Made by a program: the position numbers and the translations under genes. The notes under the pieces are model-generated. The model was given only the letters and a program-made list of their open reading frames with translations. It did not search any database and was not told the DNA's origin. This document shows positions 1 to 10,984 of a DNA stretch of 64,000 bases, piece after piece; position 1 is the stretch's first letter, and every line of letters begins with the position of its first letter. Origin of the DNA: an uncultured Actinomycetes bacterium (lineage in GTDB: Bacteria > Actinomycetota > Thermoleophilia > Gaiellales > Gaiellaceae); assembly GCA_963739405.1 (NCBI GenBank), contig CAVUAH010000012.1:48937-112936 (forward strand), in the 5' to 3' direction.

Positions 1-553
1 CGCTGCTGCTGGCCGAGCTGCGTGCGGCGGGTGAGATCGAGTGGTCGCGCGCGGTGGCCGACTCCAGTCACGTGCAGGCGAAAAAGGGGGCTCCGCGACG
101 GGCCCGAGCCCGGTTGATAGAGCCAGAAACGGCTCCAAGCATCACCTCTTGTCGACGCGACCGGGATCCCGCTCGCCTGGACGGTCACGGGCGGCAACCG
201 CAACGACGTCACCCAGCTGATCCCGCTGGTCGAGCGCGTGCCGCCCGTGCGCGGCAAGGTCGGCCGGCCGCGCCGACGGCCCGACCGGGTGACCGCCGAC
301 CGCGGCTACGACCACGACAAGTACCGGCGCGAGCTCCGCCGGCGCGGGATCGAAACCGGAGATCGCCCGCCGCCAGACCGAGCACGGCTCCGGCCTCGGC
401 CGCGCCCGCTGGGTCGTCGAGCGCACCTTCGCCTGGCTGCACCACTTCAAGCGGCTGCTCGTCCGCTACGACCGCCGCCACGAGATCCACGAAGCCTTCC
501 TCGCCATCGGCTGCTGCCTCGTCTGCTTCAGGAGACTCCAGAACTCATTGTGA
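1..553 (+). mobile_element. IS5-family transposase, 5'-truncated by the window edge, with an A5G5 slippery site and extra indels
   Basis: Joined frames read ADSSHVQAKKG / TGPSPVDR..GSKHHL / DATGIPLAWTVTGGNRNDVTQL / ADRGYDHD / RWVVERTFAWLHHFKRLLVRY (DDE motifs). AAAAAGGGGG at 81-90; stop TGA at 551-553. Confidence 0.9.
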
Positions 554-649
554 TTCGAGTTCTGAGTCGATGCACGAGTCCGCTGGTGCGGACAGCTCAC
601 AAACTCCCTGCAAGAGGCCGGTTTGCCGCATTCAGCGGTTTCGAATGTC

Positions 650-1010
650 ATTGCAGCACCTCCGCGTAGTCGACGCCCGCGCTCGTCGGCCAAGACGTGG
701 CTGTACACGTTCGCCGTGATCGCGAGGTCGCGCTGCCCGGACGTGCTCACCGATCCGCGCCCACGGCACACCACCCAAGTGCAGGAGCGAGATCCTTCGG
801 TGGCGCAGGTCGTGAGGCGAGAACACGGGCACGCTGCTCGCGACGCACGCGCGGCTGATCGACGCTCGCCGCCGTCGGCGGTCATGCCCCGGAACACGGG
901 CCGTTCGGGCACCCGATCCTCGCGCGGGCAGAGCTCGAACATGGCCCCCAACAGCGCCGGCGGCGCCGTCACAAGCGGCCGTGGCGGTTCTTCGCGACCG
1001 CGCGTGAGAC
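650..1010 (-). pseudogene. Tyrosine recombinase/integrase C-terminal remnant
   Basis: Across frames: PVFSPHDLRHRRISLLHLGGVPWARIGEHV / GQRDLAITANVYSHVL (HxLRH box and catalytic Tyr region). N-terminus missing; lies just downstream of tRNA-Val. Confidence 0.8.
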
Positions 1011-1249
1011 GCGGAACCGGGATCCAGGCTCGTCGACATCGGACTAGGTGTACCTCGTCTGGCCGCCGGGATCCGAGCCACCGGACGCGCCGGTCATCGA
1101 GCGGACGGTACGGACAGCCGATGCGGAGCACGTTGCCCCGTTCGGCGAATTTCGGAAATGCCACCGGTGCGCCGCGGGGTGCGCATTCCGGCTCCTGGCA
1201 CACATGAACCGAATAGTTGAGCCAAATCGCTCTGACCATGCGGACGGAA

Positions 1250-1320
1250 TGGGCGCACCTGGGATCGAACCAGGACCTCTCGCGTGTGAAGCGAGCGCTC
1301 TCCCGCTGAGCTATGCGCCC
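1250..1320 (-). tRNA. tRNA-Val(CAC)
   Basis: Reverse complement GGGCGCATAGCTCAGCGGGAGAGCGCTCGCTTCACACGCGAGAGGTCCTGGTTCGATCCCAGGTGCGCCCA folds as a cloverleaf with anticodon CAC. Confidence 0.95.
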
Positions 1321-1323
1321 GGG

Positions 1324-1393
1324 AGGGCGCATGGGATCGAACCAGGGACCTCTCGCGTGTGAAGCGAGCGCTCTCCCGCTGAGCTATGCGCCC
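1324..1393 (-). pseudogene. Degenerate tandem copy of tRNA-Val(CAC)
   Basis: Near-identical to 1250-1320 but with a 1-nt insertion and a 2-nt deletion affecting the T-stem. Confidence 0.65.
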
Positions 1394-1452
1394 GGGAGAG
1401 CGTCAAGGCTACCCGACGTCGAGTCGCGGCCAGTACGGCCACGGGCGCGTCG

Positions 1453-2670
1453 TCAGGGGAGCACCCAGGCGTCGTCCTCGATGATCGGCACCTCGGCGCC
1501 GCCGGGCTCGACGCCGAGCACCGTGACGTCGGGGCCGCCGATCATGAAGTCGGTGTGAACGACCGAGTCGTTGTAGCCGCGCTCGGCGAGCTCCTCGTCG
1601 GTCATCTCCTCGCCCCCGTCGAGCGCCCCCTTGATGCCCTGGCCCCACGCGATGTGGCAGGCGGCGTTCTCGTCGAACAGCGTGTCGAAGAAGACGATCC
1701 CGGTCTTACGGACGCGTGAGTCGCCGTCGACGAGCGCGACCTCGCCGAGGAAGCTCGCGCCGTCGTCGGTCGCCATCTCCTCGCGGACGGCGTCGGCGCC
1801 GGTCTCGGCGTGGACCTCGACCACCCTTCCACCCTCGAGGCGCAGGTCGAGCCCGCGCACGATCGTTCCGCTGAGCGACAGCGGGAACGTCGAGCGAACC
1901 GAGCCGTCGACGCGGAGCCGGTGGGGCGTCGTGAAGACCTCCTCGGTCGGGACGTTGACGATGTGCGGGATGCCGTCGGCCGTCTCCTCGGCACCCGTGA
2001 GCCACCGGTGGCCCTCGCAGAGCCCGACCCGGAGATCGGTCCCCGGGCCGACGAACCGGAGCGCGTCGAACGCGCGCTCGTCGAGCGACGCGGCGCGCCG
2101 GCGCAGGCTCGCGATGTGCTCCCGCCACGCGGCGACGGGGTCGGGCTCGTCGAGCCGTGAGGCCGTGACCACCGCATCCCACAGACGCTCGACATCGGGC
2201 TCGCCGAACACCGTGCGTGCCCATCCCTCGTTCGGATAGCCGACGATCGTCCACTGGATCAGGCGCCGGTTCTCGGCATCGAGGAGCTTCTCGACCGCGA
2301 GCCTCGGCCGCGCTCGCTGGGCGCGTCTCTGGTCCAGGTCGGCGAGCAGCTCGGGCTCCGCGTCCCCCGTGATGGTGATCGTCGCGCCGCGTGTCTCGAC
2401 CATGTGGTCGATGAGCGCGATCGTCCACGGCGGGCTCCAGTCGAGGGAGTCGTCGGGAGCGTGCTGCACACGTGCGCGTCTCAGGTGCGGGTCACGGTAG
2501 AGCACCTCGACATAGCGGGCGCCGCGCTCGTAGGCGACGCGACCGAGCGCGCGGACGAGCGGCAGATGCTCCGGGTCGGCGGAGATCCGCAGGAACTGCC
2601 CGGGCCGGAGGTTCAGGGCGACCTCGACCGCAAGGCGTGCGTACCTGTCGAGCCGCTCGTCAGGCGTCAC
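1453..2670 (-). CDS. M29-family aminopeptidase (AmpS/PepS-like)
   Basis: 405 aa; [44 protein letters not shown] motifs. Confidence 0.93.
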   Translation of the reverse strand: MTPDERLDRYARLAVEVALNLRPGQFLRISADPEHLPLVRALGRVAYERGARYVEVLYRDPHLRRARVQHAPDDSLDWSPPWTIALIDHMVETRGATITITGDAEPELLADLDQRRAQRARPRLAVEKLLDAENRRLIQWTIVGYPNEGWARTVFGEPDVERLWDAVVTASRLDEPDPVAAWREHIASLRRRAASLDERAFDALRFVGPGTDLRVGLCEGHRWLTGAEETADGIPHIVNVPTEEVFTTPHRLRVDGSVRSTFPLSLSGTIVRGLDLRLEGGRVVEVHAETGADAVREEMATDDGASFLGEVALVDGDSRVRKTGIVFFDTLFDENAACHIAWGQGIKGALDGGEEMTDEELAERGYNDSVVHTDFMIGGPDVTVLGVEPGGAEVPIIEDDAWVLP

Positions 2671-2749
2671 AGAGGGAAACCCTATTCACAATTGACGAGG
2701 CTGTCGATCGCAGGATCGCCCTTCGAGGCAGCGTGGTAGCGTCCGCGCG

Positions 2750-3286
2750 ATGCCGATCGCAGCGATCACGGGCCTCGGAAAGACGGTGCTGCTGATCGTC
2801 GCGATCACCTTCATCGCGTGGGCGCTGATCACCTCGATCTCCGTCCCGAAGCGGAGCCCCGGCTTCCCGAAGCGGCTCGACGCATACATCGTCGTGTCCG
2901 CTCTGCTCTTCCTCGCGCAGATGAGCGCGGTCGTCTGGGTGACCGGGACGCAGGAGGTCGAGGAGGAGGCGCACGCCGCGGAGACGGGCGGCGGGACGAC
3001 CACCGAGGGCGGCACCACGGGCGAAGCGCCGACGCCCGCGGGCGACGCTGCTGCGGGAAAGCAGGTGTTCGAGACCGCCGGGTGCGTCGCGTGCCATACC
3101 CTCGCGGACGCGGGGTCGACGGGGACCGTGGGGCCGAACCTCGACGAGGCGAAGCCGCCCGCGACCCTCGTGGTCGAACGCGTGACGAACGGCGCCGGCG
3201 CGATGCCCTCGTTCGAGGACAAGCTCTCGGAGCAGCAGATCCAGGACGTCGCGGCGTACGTCTCGTCCGTCGCCGGCACGTCGTAA
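2750..3286 (+). CDS. Membrane-anchored monoheme c-type cytochrome
   Basis: Two N-terminal hydrophobic helices, CVACH heme motif, GPNLD, distal MPSF Met ligand. Confidence 0.9.
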   Translation: MPIAAITGLGKTVLLIVAITFIAWALITSISVPKRSPGFPKRLDAYIVVSALLFLAQMSAVVWVTGTQEVEEEAHAAETGGGTTTEGGTTGEAPTPAGDAAAGKQVFETAGCVACHTLADAGSTGTVGPNLDEAKPPATLVVERVTNGAGAMPSFEDKLSEQQIQDVAAYVSSVAGTS

Positions 3287-3387
3287 GGATTTCGTTCGGG
3301 ATCGCCTCGCCGGCGACGGGATGGGGAAGGCTCGTCACGTTGTCGATCTGGCCCGCGCCCGTGTGGCGTGGGTGAGAGGGGAGCATC

Positions 3388-4333
3388 ATGAGACGTCGTA
3401 TCGCGACAGGTGCAGCGATCGTGTCGGCCCTGGTCGTCGCTCCGGCGGCGCTGGCGGCCACCGCGACGCCGTTCGGCGGCGCAACGACCTCGGGCGGCAC
3501 CCTGAACCTCGTCTCCGACGTCGGAGACTCGAGTGCGACCGACGACGCCTCCGGGGCCTCGTTCTCCGGGACGGGCGTCACGACGTTCGCCGGCATCACG
3601 ACCCTGTCGGCGGAGTTCGACGTCACGGACGACGATTGCGCCGGTGGCTCGCCGCGGTTCCAGATCCGCGTCCAGACACCCTCGGGCGAGAAGAACGTCT
3701 TCGTGTACCTCGGGCCCGCGCCGTCGTTCTCGGGGTGCTCGCAGAACGTGTGGATCGTCTCGGGCAACCTGATCGGATCCGCCGATGCCCGGTTCGACAC
3801 GAGCCAGGTCCAGCCGGGGACGCAGGCATCGACCTACGCGCAGGCACTCACGCGTCGTCGGGTCGAGCCAGGTCACCGGGATCTCGATCGTCGTCGACTC
3901 GGGATGGGCGTTCGCCGACAAGGAGCAAACGGTGCGCGTGCGCAACGTCAAGGTGAACGCCTCGACGTTCTACGCACCCGGCGGCGCGACGCCTCCGGGG
4001 ACAAGGGGACTGAGCCCCGGCCAGGCTTGCAAGAAGCTCCGGGACGAGATGGGCCTGGATCGCTTCCGCGCCGCATACGGGAAGAACCGAAGCGGCGCCA
4101 ATGCGTTCGGCAAGTGCGTCTCGAAGATGGCGCACATGAGGAACGACGCAGCGAGGGCGGCCGCCGTCGCGCGCATCGGGGACGCCGCCGACCGGTGCAC
4201 CGAGCGAACGGCCTCGGCGAAGACAAAGCATGGGGAGGACGATCACAAGGGGAAGACGAACGGCCACGGCAAGGGGAAAGGGCACGGAAAGAGCGCGGAT
4301 CGTCTCGCGTCGTGTCTCCATCGTGCCGTGTGA
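3388..4333 (+). CDS. Secreted hypothetical protein (frameshift near 3850)
   Basis: Signal peptide MRRRIATGAAIVSALVVAPAALA; continues in ORF 3785..4333 with a Cys-containing NAFGKCVSK segment and a His/Gly/Lys-rich tail. Confidence 0.7.
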
Positions 4334-4370
4334 TCCGCCGACGGTCGCGAGCAGCGCACGCAGCGGCTAG

Positions 4371-4400
4371 CGAGAAGGGCCTCGAGAGAGGCCCTTCTCG
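4371..4400. terminator. Perfect hairpin between convergent CDS and tRNA-Ser (probable terminator)
   Basis: CGAGAAGGGCCTC-GAGA-GAGGCCCTTCTCG, 13-bp stem. Confidence 0.7.
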
Positions 4401-4407
4401 ACGATCA

Positions 4408-4496
4408 CGGAGAGGGCGGGATTTGAACCCGCGACGCAGCTTTCACCACGTACGCGATTTCCAGTCGCGCTCCTTAGACCGCTCGGACACCTCTCC
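4408..4496 (-). tRNA. tRNA-Ser(GGA)
   Basis: GGAGAGGTGTCCGAGCGGTCTAAGGAGCGCGACTGGAAATCGCG...GGGTTCAAATCCCGCCCTCTCCG; long variable arm. Confidence 0.96.
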
Positions 4497-4570
4497 GAGA
4501 GCGTCAAGCCTAGCGCCCGCTCGGCGGGCACTCTCCGGCGCGGGCGGCGGGCGGCGGTAGCGTAGAGCGG

Positions 4571-5228
4571 GTGCCGACCGAGCCCGTCGCGCAGCCCTTG
4601 TCCACGGGTGCCGAGGCTCGCTTCACGGGGCCGGAGGGCGCGCTCGCCGTCGTCTGCGTGAACGGCGGGCAGGCGGCGGAGCTGGCGGGCACCTGGAGCG
4701 CGTCGATCGAGTGGCTCGTCGGCCGCCTCGCGCCGCGGTTCCCCGACCTTCGCTTCGTCGAGCTGCGCTACCGGGTCAAGTCGTGGAAGCGGCTCGACTG
4801 GTGCGTCGAGGACGCCCTTGCCGCCGTCGATGCGACGCGGTGCGGCACGGGTGCTGCTCGTCGGCTTCTCGATGGGCGGCGCCGTGTCGGTGCGGGCGGC
4901 GGCCCACCCGTCGGTCGTGGGCGTCATCGGCCTCGCGCCGTGGCTCCCCGACCAGCTCGACGTCGCGCCCCTCGCGGGCCGCCGTCTCGACGTGCTCCAC
5001 GGCGCCCTCGACCGCTGGCTCCCCGGGGTCCCCGGCGTCAACCCGTCGATTTCCCGGCGCGGCTTCGAGCGGGCGACGGCGCTCGGGGTCGCGGGGTCGT
5101 ACACCATGATCGCCGGCGCGGTGCACGGGATCGCGCTCCGGAGCCGCGGTGGGAGGCTCGTGCCGCTCCCGCGCGCGGCACGCTGGGCCGAGCTGGCCGG
5201 GACCCATGTCGCTCGCTTCCGCGGCTAG
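4571..5228 (+). CDS. Alpha/beta-fold hydrolase (frameshift near 4835)
   Basis: GFSMGG nucleophile elbow, LHGALD, C-terminal GAVHG. Confidence 0.8.
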
Positions 5229-5509
5229 CGCCGCTCGCCGTCCACGAACGCGACGTGGACGGGAAGGTCCTCGACCTCCTCGGGGTCGGGGAGGCCGTGG
5301 CGGCGCCGGAGGTCGACGAACACCCCGCGCGAGAACGACTCGAAGTCCTCGCGGGTCGGGCAGGTGTCCACGATCACCATGCCGTCGGGCGCGCGCAGGC
5401 ACAGGTGGGCGCGCATCACCGATGCGGGGATCTCGGCGACCATCGCGTCGTAGCGGCGCAGCAGGTCGGCAGGGTCTCCACGGAACCTCCAGATCGAGGC
5501 GTGCATCAC
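5225..5509 (-). CDS. Hypothetical protein (94 aa)
   Basis: Protein-like composition; start overlaps the amidase stop. Confidence 0.7.
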   Translation of the reverse strand: MMHASIWRFRGDPADLLRRYDAMVAEIPASVMRAHLCLRAPDGMVIVDTCPTREDFESFSRGVFVDLRRRHGLPDPEEVEDLPVHVAFVDGERR

Positions 5510-6921
5510 CGAGGCCTCCAGCCGACCGAGCCCTCGAGCTGCGCCGCGAGCGCGAGCACGAGATCGTCACGTCCCGGCGGCCCCACGAGCTGCACGCCGA
5601 CGGGAACACCGTCGCTCGTCTCGTGGAGCGGAATCGAGACGGCCGGCTGGCCCGTGACGTTCCAGAGCCGAACGAGAGCGCTGAAGCGAACGGCGTCGTC
5701 GGTCACCCCTGCCTCGGCGCGAATGCCCCCGACCGGCGCCGGCAGGCGGGTCAGTGTCGGCGTGACGAGGACCGTGTCGCCCCAGTCGGCGAGAAGCCGC
5801 CGCGAGAGCTCCCAGAGCCGCTCCCCCGCCTCGAGGTAGTCGATCAGCGGGACGCGGGCGCTCTCGACGAGCCACGCGCGGGTCGCGGGCTCGAGCCCCT
5901 CGGGATCGAGCGGCTGTCCGTGCAGGCGCTCGAGCACCCGCACGAGGTGCTGCATCGTTCCCGTCGAGAACGTCGCCCAGCTCACGGGGAACGTCTCGTC
6001 ATCCCAGCTCGGCGTCGCCTCCATGACATCGTGGCCCAGTGCGTCGAGCGCGGCGGCCGCACGCGTCGCGGCCGCCCGCGGCTCGTCGTCGACGGGAATG
6101 CCGAGCGGCGCCGTCAGCGCAAGACGGACCGAGACGCGGCCGGGATCGTTGCGACACGCCGCCGAGAACGTCTGCTGCGGTGATCCGGGATAGCGGCGCT
6201 CGCCCGGCTCGTAGCCCGCGATCGCGTCGAGGGCGACCGCCGTGTCGAGCACCGTCCGCGTGAGGACGCCGTCGCAGGCGAGCCCGGCGCCGACGTCGCC
6301 GAGATCCGGGCCGATCGAGACCCGTCCGGCGCTCGGCTTGAGCCCGACCAGGCCGCAGCACGAGGCCGGGATCCGGATCGAGCCGCCGAGATCGCTCCCG
6401 TCTGCGAGGGCGACCATGCCGGAGGCGACCGCAGCGGCGCTGCCGCCCGACGAGCCTCCGCTCGAGAGGTCGGTGCGCCACGGGTTCCGGGTCGGGCCGA
6501 AGCGGGCGTTCTCGGTGGTCGGGCGGAGGCCGAGCTCGGGGGTGTTCGTCTTGCCGATCACGATCGCACCCGCCGCGCGGAGCCGGCGGACGTGTGCCGA
6601 GTCGTGCCGCGCGACCCAGTCCCCGAAGGCGTGACTCCCCTCGGTCGTCGGCAGCCCTTCGGTCGCCGAGAGGAGGTCCTTGAGGCCGACGGGGACGCCG
6701 GCGAGCGGTCGCGGGTCACCCGGGCCGACGGCGTCGGCCTCGGCGAGAGCTCGTTCCGCGCAGAGCGCGACGAACGCGTTGAGCTCGGGGTTGAGCCGCT
6801 CGATCGCCGCGAGCGACGCCACGACGAGCTCGCGGGCGGAGAGCTCGCCGTCCCTCACCGCCGCCGCCTGCTCGACGGCGCTCATTCGCAGGATGTCGAC
6901 CGGCGTGTCTGCCTGGAGCAC
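5506..6921 (-). CDS. Amidase signature family protein
   Basis: GVPVGLKD, GKTNTPE, SGGSSGGSAAAVA, GSDLGGSIRIPASCCG; GTG start at 6921 after a GAAGGA RBS. Confidence 0.93.
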   Translation of the reverse strand: MLQADTPVDILRMSAVEQAAAVRDGELSARELVVASLAAIERLNPELNAFVALCAERALAEADAVGPGDPRPLAGVPVGLKDLLSATEGLPTTEGSHAFGDWVARHDSAHVRRLRAAGAIVIGKTNTPELGLRPTTENARFGPTRNPWRTDLSSGGSSGGSAAAVASGMVALADGSDLGGSIRIPASCCGLVGLKPSAGRVSIGPDLGDVGAGLACDGVLTRTVLDTAVALDAIAGYEPGERRYPGSPQQTFSAACRNDPGRVSVRLALTAPLGIPVDDEPRAAATRAAAALDALGHDVMEATPSWDDETFPVSWATFSTGTMQHLVRVLERLHGQPLDPEGLEPATRAWLVESARVPLIDYLEAGERLWELSRRLLADWGDTVLVTPTLTRLPAPVGGIRAEAGVTDDAVRFSALVRLWNVTGQPAVSIPLHETSDGVPVGVQLVGPPGRDDLVLALAAQLEGSVGWRPR

Positions 6922-7033
6922 GGGCCCCGTCCTTCCGCTCGGTTGCAGGCCGAGACGAGCATGCGCCGGGAAGAGCCCGGGCACATCCGTGCCGGTACCC
7001 AACCCGCGGGCGGGCGGTACGCATGCCGCGGTG

Positions 7034-8634
7034 TCAGAGCAGCCCGTTGCCGATTGCCCACGCGGTGGCCGCGGCACGCGCCGTCCGGCCGGAGACGCCG
7101 ATCTTGGCGTAGAGGTTCTCGACGTGGCGCTCCACCGTGCGCACGCTGAGGACGAGCTCGGAGGCGATCGCCGCGTTCCCGAGCCCGCCGGCGAGGAGCC
7201 GGAGGACCTCGCGCTCGCGCGCGGTCAGGAGCTCGCGGCCGGGCGCGGCGGGCCGAGGCACCGGCGCACCGAGCGCGGCGAGGGCAGCGCGTGCGCGCTT
7301 CTCGGTCGACTCGGCCTCGGCACGACGTCCGAGCGAGCGCTGCACATCCGCGAGCTCGAGCCAGGCGGTTGCCGCCTCGTACCGGGCACCGCACTCGACG
7401 TACAGGTCGGCCGCGTCCTCGAGCGGAGCCACGGCGGACTCCAGCCGACCTCGGGCCAGGAGCGCGGCGGCTCTGAGCGGCGGGGTCCGGCGGCGGCCGC
7501 GATGCGCTCGAGCTCGACGACCGCGCGTGCGGCCGCGTCCACTTCTCCCAGGCGGAGCCGGGCGGGCACGAGCAGCTCGAGCGCGGTGACGCGCTCGAAC
7601 GGGTCGTCGTCGCCGACGCGACGGAGGAATCGCTCGGCCTCGGTCGCGGAGCCGAGTGCGTCTCCACGGTCGAGCAGGAGCGCGGCCCGAACGACCGGTG
7701 CCAGGCGGTGCTCTCCTGCCTCGGCGAGCAGCGCCTCGGTGTGGTCCGGCCGGCCCTGGCGGCGGCGGAGCTCGGCGAGCCGCACGAGGCCGTCCGCGAC
7801 CTTCCGGGGAACGCCGCCGAGATCCCGGCAGGCGGCGGTGAGCATCTCCTCTGCATCGCGCCAGTCGCCACGCCAGACAAGGAGGTCGGCGTAGTGCGTG
7901 CGGCACGTCGCGAACATCTCGGTGTCCGAGTAGCGCTCCGAGATCTCCTCGACACGGCGACACCACTCACCCGCGCGCTCGAGATCGCGCACCCGCTGAC
8001 AGGCGTCGATCAGGTGACAGCAGATGACCTCGACGACCCGAACGCTTTCGACCTCGCCCGCGACCGCGGCGGTCGTTGCCGTGTCGAGCCTCGTCATCCC
8101 GGCCGTGATCTCTCCGAGCGCCACGAGGGCGAGGCCTTCCAGGGCGATGCAGACCATCTCGTAGTCGAGCGAGGAGACCCGGCGGGCCGCCTCCGTGCCG
8201 GTGACGGCGAGGTCGCGGGCCGTCGCCGGGTCGTGGTCGGCGTTCAGCGCGCGATTGGCCTTGAGATACGCGAACAGCGCGTGCTCGGGGCTCGGAGGAA
8301 GGCGCTCGAGGAGATCGCCGGCAAGCCCGAGCCAGCCGTTGGCCTCGGCGCCTCCGCGGAACTGCCCGGCATCGAAGGTGAGCTCGATCGCGAGGCGTGC
8401 GGCCGCGCCGTCGTCTGCCGACTCGCGTGCGAGCCGGTACGCGCGCTCGTGGGCGGGGAGCGCTGCGGCACCGTCCATCTGCCACCGCGCCGCGACCCCG
8501 AGCCCCTCGAGCGCCTCGATGGACTCGCCGCGCTCGAGCGCCGCTTCGAAATGCGCTCGGGCCTCTGCCCACGCGGCTCGCTGGAGCGCCGCGCGCCCGG
8601 CTGCGAGCGAGCTCTCCCGAGGAGCGGTGCTCAC
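7034..8634 (-). CDS. LuxR-family regulator with helical/TPR-like N-terminus (frameshift near 7490)
   Basis: C-terminal [47 protein letters not shown]. Confidence 0.88.
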
Positions 8635-8670
8635 GAGGCCAGTCTACGGCGGCCGACGCGGCCGCCCGTC

Positions 8671-9678
8671 TCAGCGGACGAACGCGCGCACGCGATCGAA
8701 TCGGCCCGTCGCCAGGTCGTCGTCGCGGATCCAGACGAAGAGCCGATTCGCCTCACCGAGCTCGACCCCCAGCTCGTCGTCGCTCGAGAGCTGGAAGAGG
8801 AGCCGCCAGCGGGCCCTGCCGGGTGCGAGCTCCTCCCGGCGCCCGCTCGCGTACGGGTCCTGCTCGAGATCGACGCCGTTGGAGACGAGCTCGGCGTCGA
8901 GCTCCATCCCGGCTGCGTTCGTGTCGGCGTGACCCAGGAGACGGTGGAGGGCGTGATACGCGGTCGCACGCTCCTCGAGCTCGACGCCCTGGGCGGCCGC
9001 GAGCCGCTCGCGGAGCTCGGCCCACTCCTCGAGCTCCCAGGCGTCGAGGGCGAGCGATGTCGGGGCGGGGGCGGGCGGGAGCGTCAGCTCGGCCGACGGC
9101 ATGACCGGCACGAGCGGCAGGTCGCCTCCCGGGTCGTCGTCCGGCGCCGGGGCGTCGTCGACGTGGATCACCCGGCAGGCGCCGGCCTCGGCGGGGCGCA
9201 GGCCGGACGGCACGCGGTCGAGGGCGAAGAACACGAGAAGCGCACCGTGCGCCGGGAGCGCCGTGGGCGGGAGGACGTCGAGCGCGATCCGCGCGACGAA
9301 CGCGAGCTCGCCGCCCTCCCACGAGGGCCACTCGAGCGTCGTCTGCGGGCTCCCGCCGAGCCACGAGGTGCCGTCCCCGCTCGGCGAGAGCCGGACGCTC
9401 GTGCGGGCGAGCGCCGCCGCCGCGTTCGCCCATGCCTCGCGGCCGCCGTCGACGCACAGTCGGCGCAGCTCGTCGCCCGTCACGAGGTGCCGACTGGGCC
9501 CCGCGGGTTGCGGGCGAAGCCCGAGCTCGAGGTCGTCGTCGGGACCGATCGAACCGCGTACCGCGTCGTCGGCAGCGCGTCGCAGCGCGTCGACCTCGCT
9601 CGCTGCGTGTGATGCGCCGCGCAGCAGCTCCCGGAAGAAGGACCGCCTGTCGTGACCCCCGCTGCGCGCCTGCGTCAC
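8671..9678 (-). CDS. DUF1963/YwqG-like protein
   Basis: SWLGGSP, HRLLGH, WRLLFQLSSDDELGVELGEANRLFVWIRDDDLATGRFD; start approximate. Confidence 0.78.
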   Translation of the reverse strand: MTQARSGGHDRRSFFRELLRGASHAASEVDALRRAADDAVRGSIGPDDDLELGLRPQPAGPSRHLVTGDELRRLCVDGGREAWANAAAALARTSVRLSPSGDGTSWLGGSPQTTLEWPSWEGGELAFVARIALDVLPPTALPAHGALLVFFALDRVPSGLRPAEAGACRVIHVDDAPAPDDDPGGDLPLVPVMPSAELTLPPAPAPTSLALDAWELEEWAELRERLAAAQGVELEERATAYHALHRLLGHADTNAAGMELDAELVSNGVDLEQDPYASGRREELAPGRARWRLLFQLSSDDELGVELGEANRLFVWIRDDDLATGRFDRVRAFVR

Positions 9679-9797
9679 GACACGGATGTCGGCTTCAGCC
9701 GGCTCATCGAGGGCAACTGTACGCCGCGTAGCGTGACGATGCCCTCGACAGCAAGGGGGCCTTCCCGAGGGCGAGCCTTCGGCCGGGCGGCCGAGCG

Positions 9798-10031
9798 TTA
9801 CCCGGCGGCCGGCGGCGTCGGCTCGCCGGGCGGCGGCCGGTCGACCGGGCCCGCCGGCGTGTGCAGGCGCAGCGACGGGAGCGGCGGCTTCCGGCGGCGG
9901 AACAGGAGCGGCAGGCGCGGTCGCACGCGTCTCGACAACTCGGGATCGACGAGCACGAGCTCGGGTGTGATCCGAACGGGATCGTCGAAACGGTCGGTGG
10001 CGCTCGCCGCAGAGCCCATCGAGTCCGTCAT
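9798..10031 (-). CDS. Small hypothetical protein
   Basis: 77-aa ORF (ITPELVLVDPEL) co-oriented with its neighbours; GGAGG upstream. Confidence 0.5.
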   Translation of the reverse strand: MTDSMGSAASATDRFDDPVRITPELVLVDPELSRRVRPRLPLLFRRRKPPLPSLRLHTPAGPVDRPPPGEPTPPAAG

Positions 10032-10103
10032 CGGCAGCCGTCCCCTCCGGCTTGAGCGGATGCCTCCCTCGGGCGGGGCCGTCGCCGCAACAGGGCCGGG
10101 ATG

Positions 10104-10481
10104 TCAGCCCTCGAGGCCGGCCAGGTTCCTCTCCACGACCTCGAACGTGTGCGCGAGCTCGGCCGTGGGGCTGAACTCGACGACCTGGGAGCCGGCGTAC
10201 AGCCTCGGCGTGTGGCCGGGCGGGGCGTAGTAGGCGTCGCCCGCCTCGTAGGTCTCCTCGTGACCGTCGGCGTACGTGAAGGTCACCTTGCCCTCGAGCA
10301 CGTACCCCATGTGCGCGCACTGGCAGCGGTCGTCGGGGAGCCCCGTGAAGAGCGGGGCGAGATCGGCGTCGGCCGTGTAGGTCTCGAACCCGACCGTGTA
10401 CTCCCCGAAGTCCTCGAAGTGCCCCTCGTACCCCTCGACCTCGACAGTCTGCGACGCGCTGGACTTGGATGCTTTCGGCAT
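10104..10481 (-). CDS. Cupin domain protein
   Basis: CQCAHMGYVLEGK and YEAGDAYYAPPGHTP cupin motifs; AGGAG RBS. Confidence 0.88.
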   Translation of the reverse strand: MPKASKSSASQTVEVEGYEGHFEDFGEYTVGFETYTADADLAPLFTGLPDDRCQCAHMGYVLEGKVTFTYADGHEETYEAGDAYYAPPGHTPRLYAGSQVVEFSPTAELAHTFEVVERNLAGLEG

Positions 10482-10499
10482 GGCTGTCTCCTCTCGGTT

Positions 10500-10898
10500 T
10501 GCGGGATCCAGGCGACGGTGCGGCTTCCTCGGTGAGCTGACGCATCAGACCGGCGACGTTCGTGAGGCACCAGTAGCCGATGAACCTTGCCGTCCGCGAG
10601 GCGGAACACCTCGGCGGACTCGGCGGCGACGTGCCGACCGGTGGGGGCGATCCCTTGTACTCGCCATCGTGGGTGCCAGTCATCGTCGAGCGGACGAAGA
10701 CACGGTCGTCCTCGGCGATCACGTCGTCGAGAGCGATGTGGAGATCGGGGAAGGACTCGAAGTATGAGAGGCAGCCGCCCTTGACCGTCTCGACACATCT
10801 GCTCGTCGGCGAAGTAACTCGGCGATCGCGTCGAGATTGCGCCCGTTGAAGACATGCTCGTAGTACGAGCGGAGGATCTCCTTGTTGTGCTCGGACAT
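10500..10898 (-). CDS. SnoaL-like ester cyclase family protein (several indels)
   Basis: MSEHNKEILRSYYEHVFNGRNLDAIAE / FPDLHIALDDVIAEDDRVFVRSTMTGTHDGEYKG / IAPTGRHV..EVFRLADGK. Confidence 0.8.
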
Positions 10899-10984
10899 TG
10901 ACGCCTCCATTCGTAGATGCGACGACACGATCGCGAGCGCGGTTCGCCGCGGTAGGGGGCAACGCCCTATTCGCTCCCCCGAGA

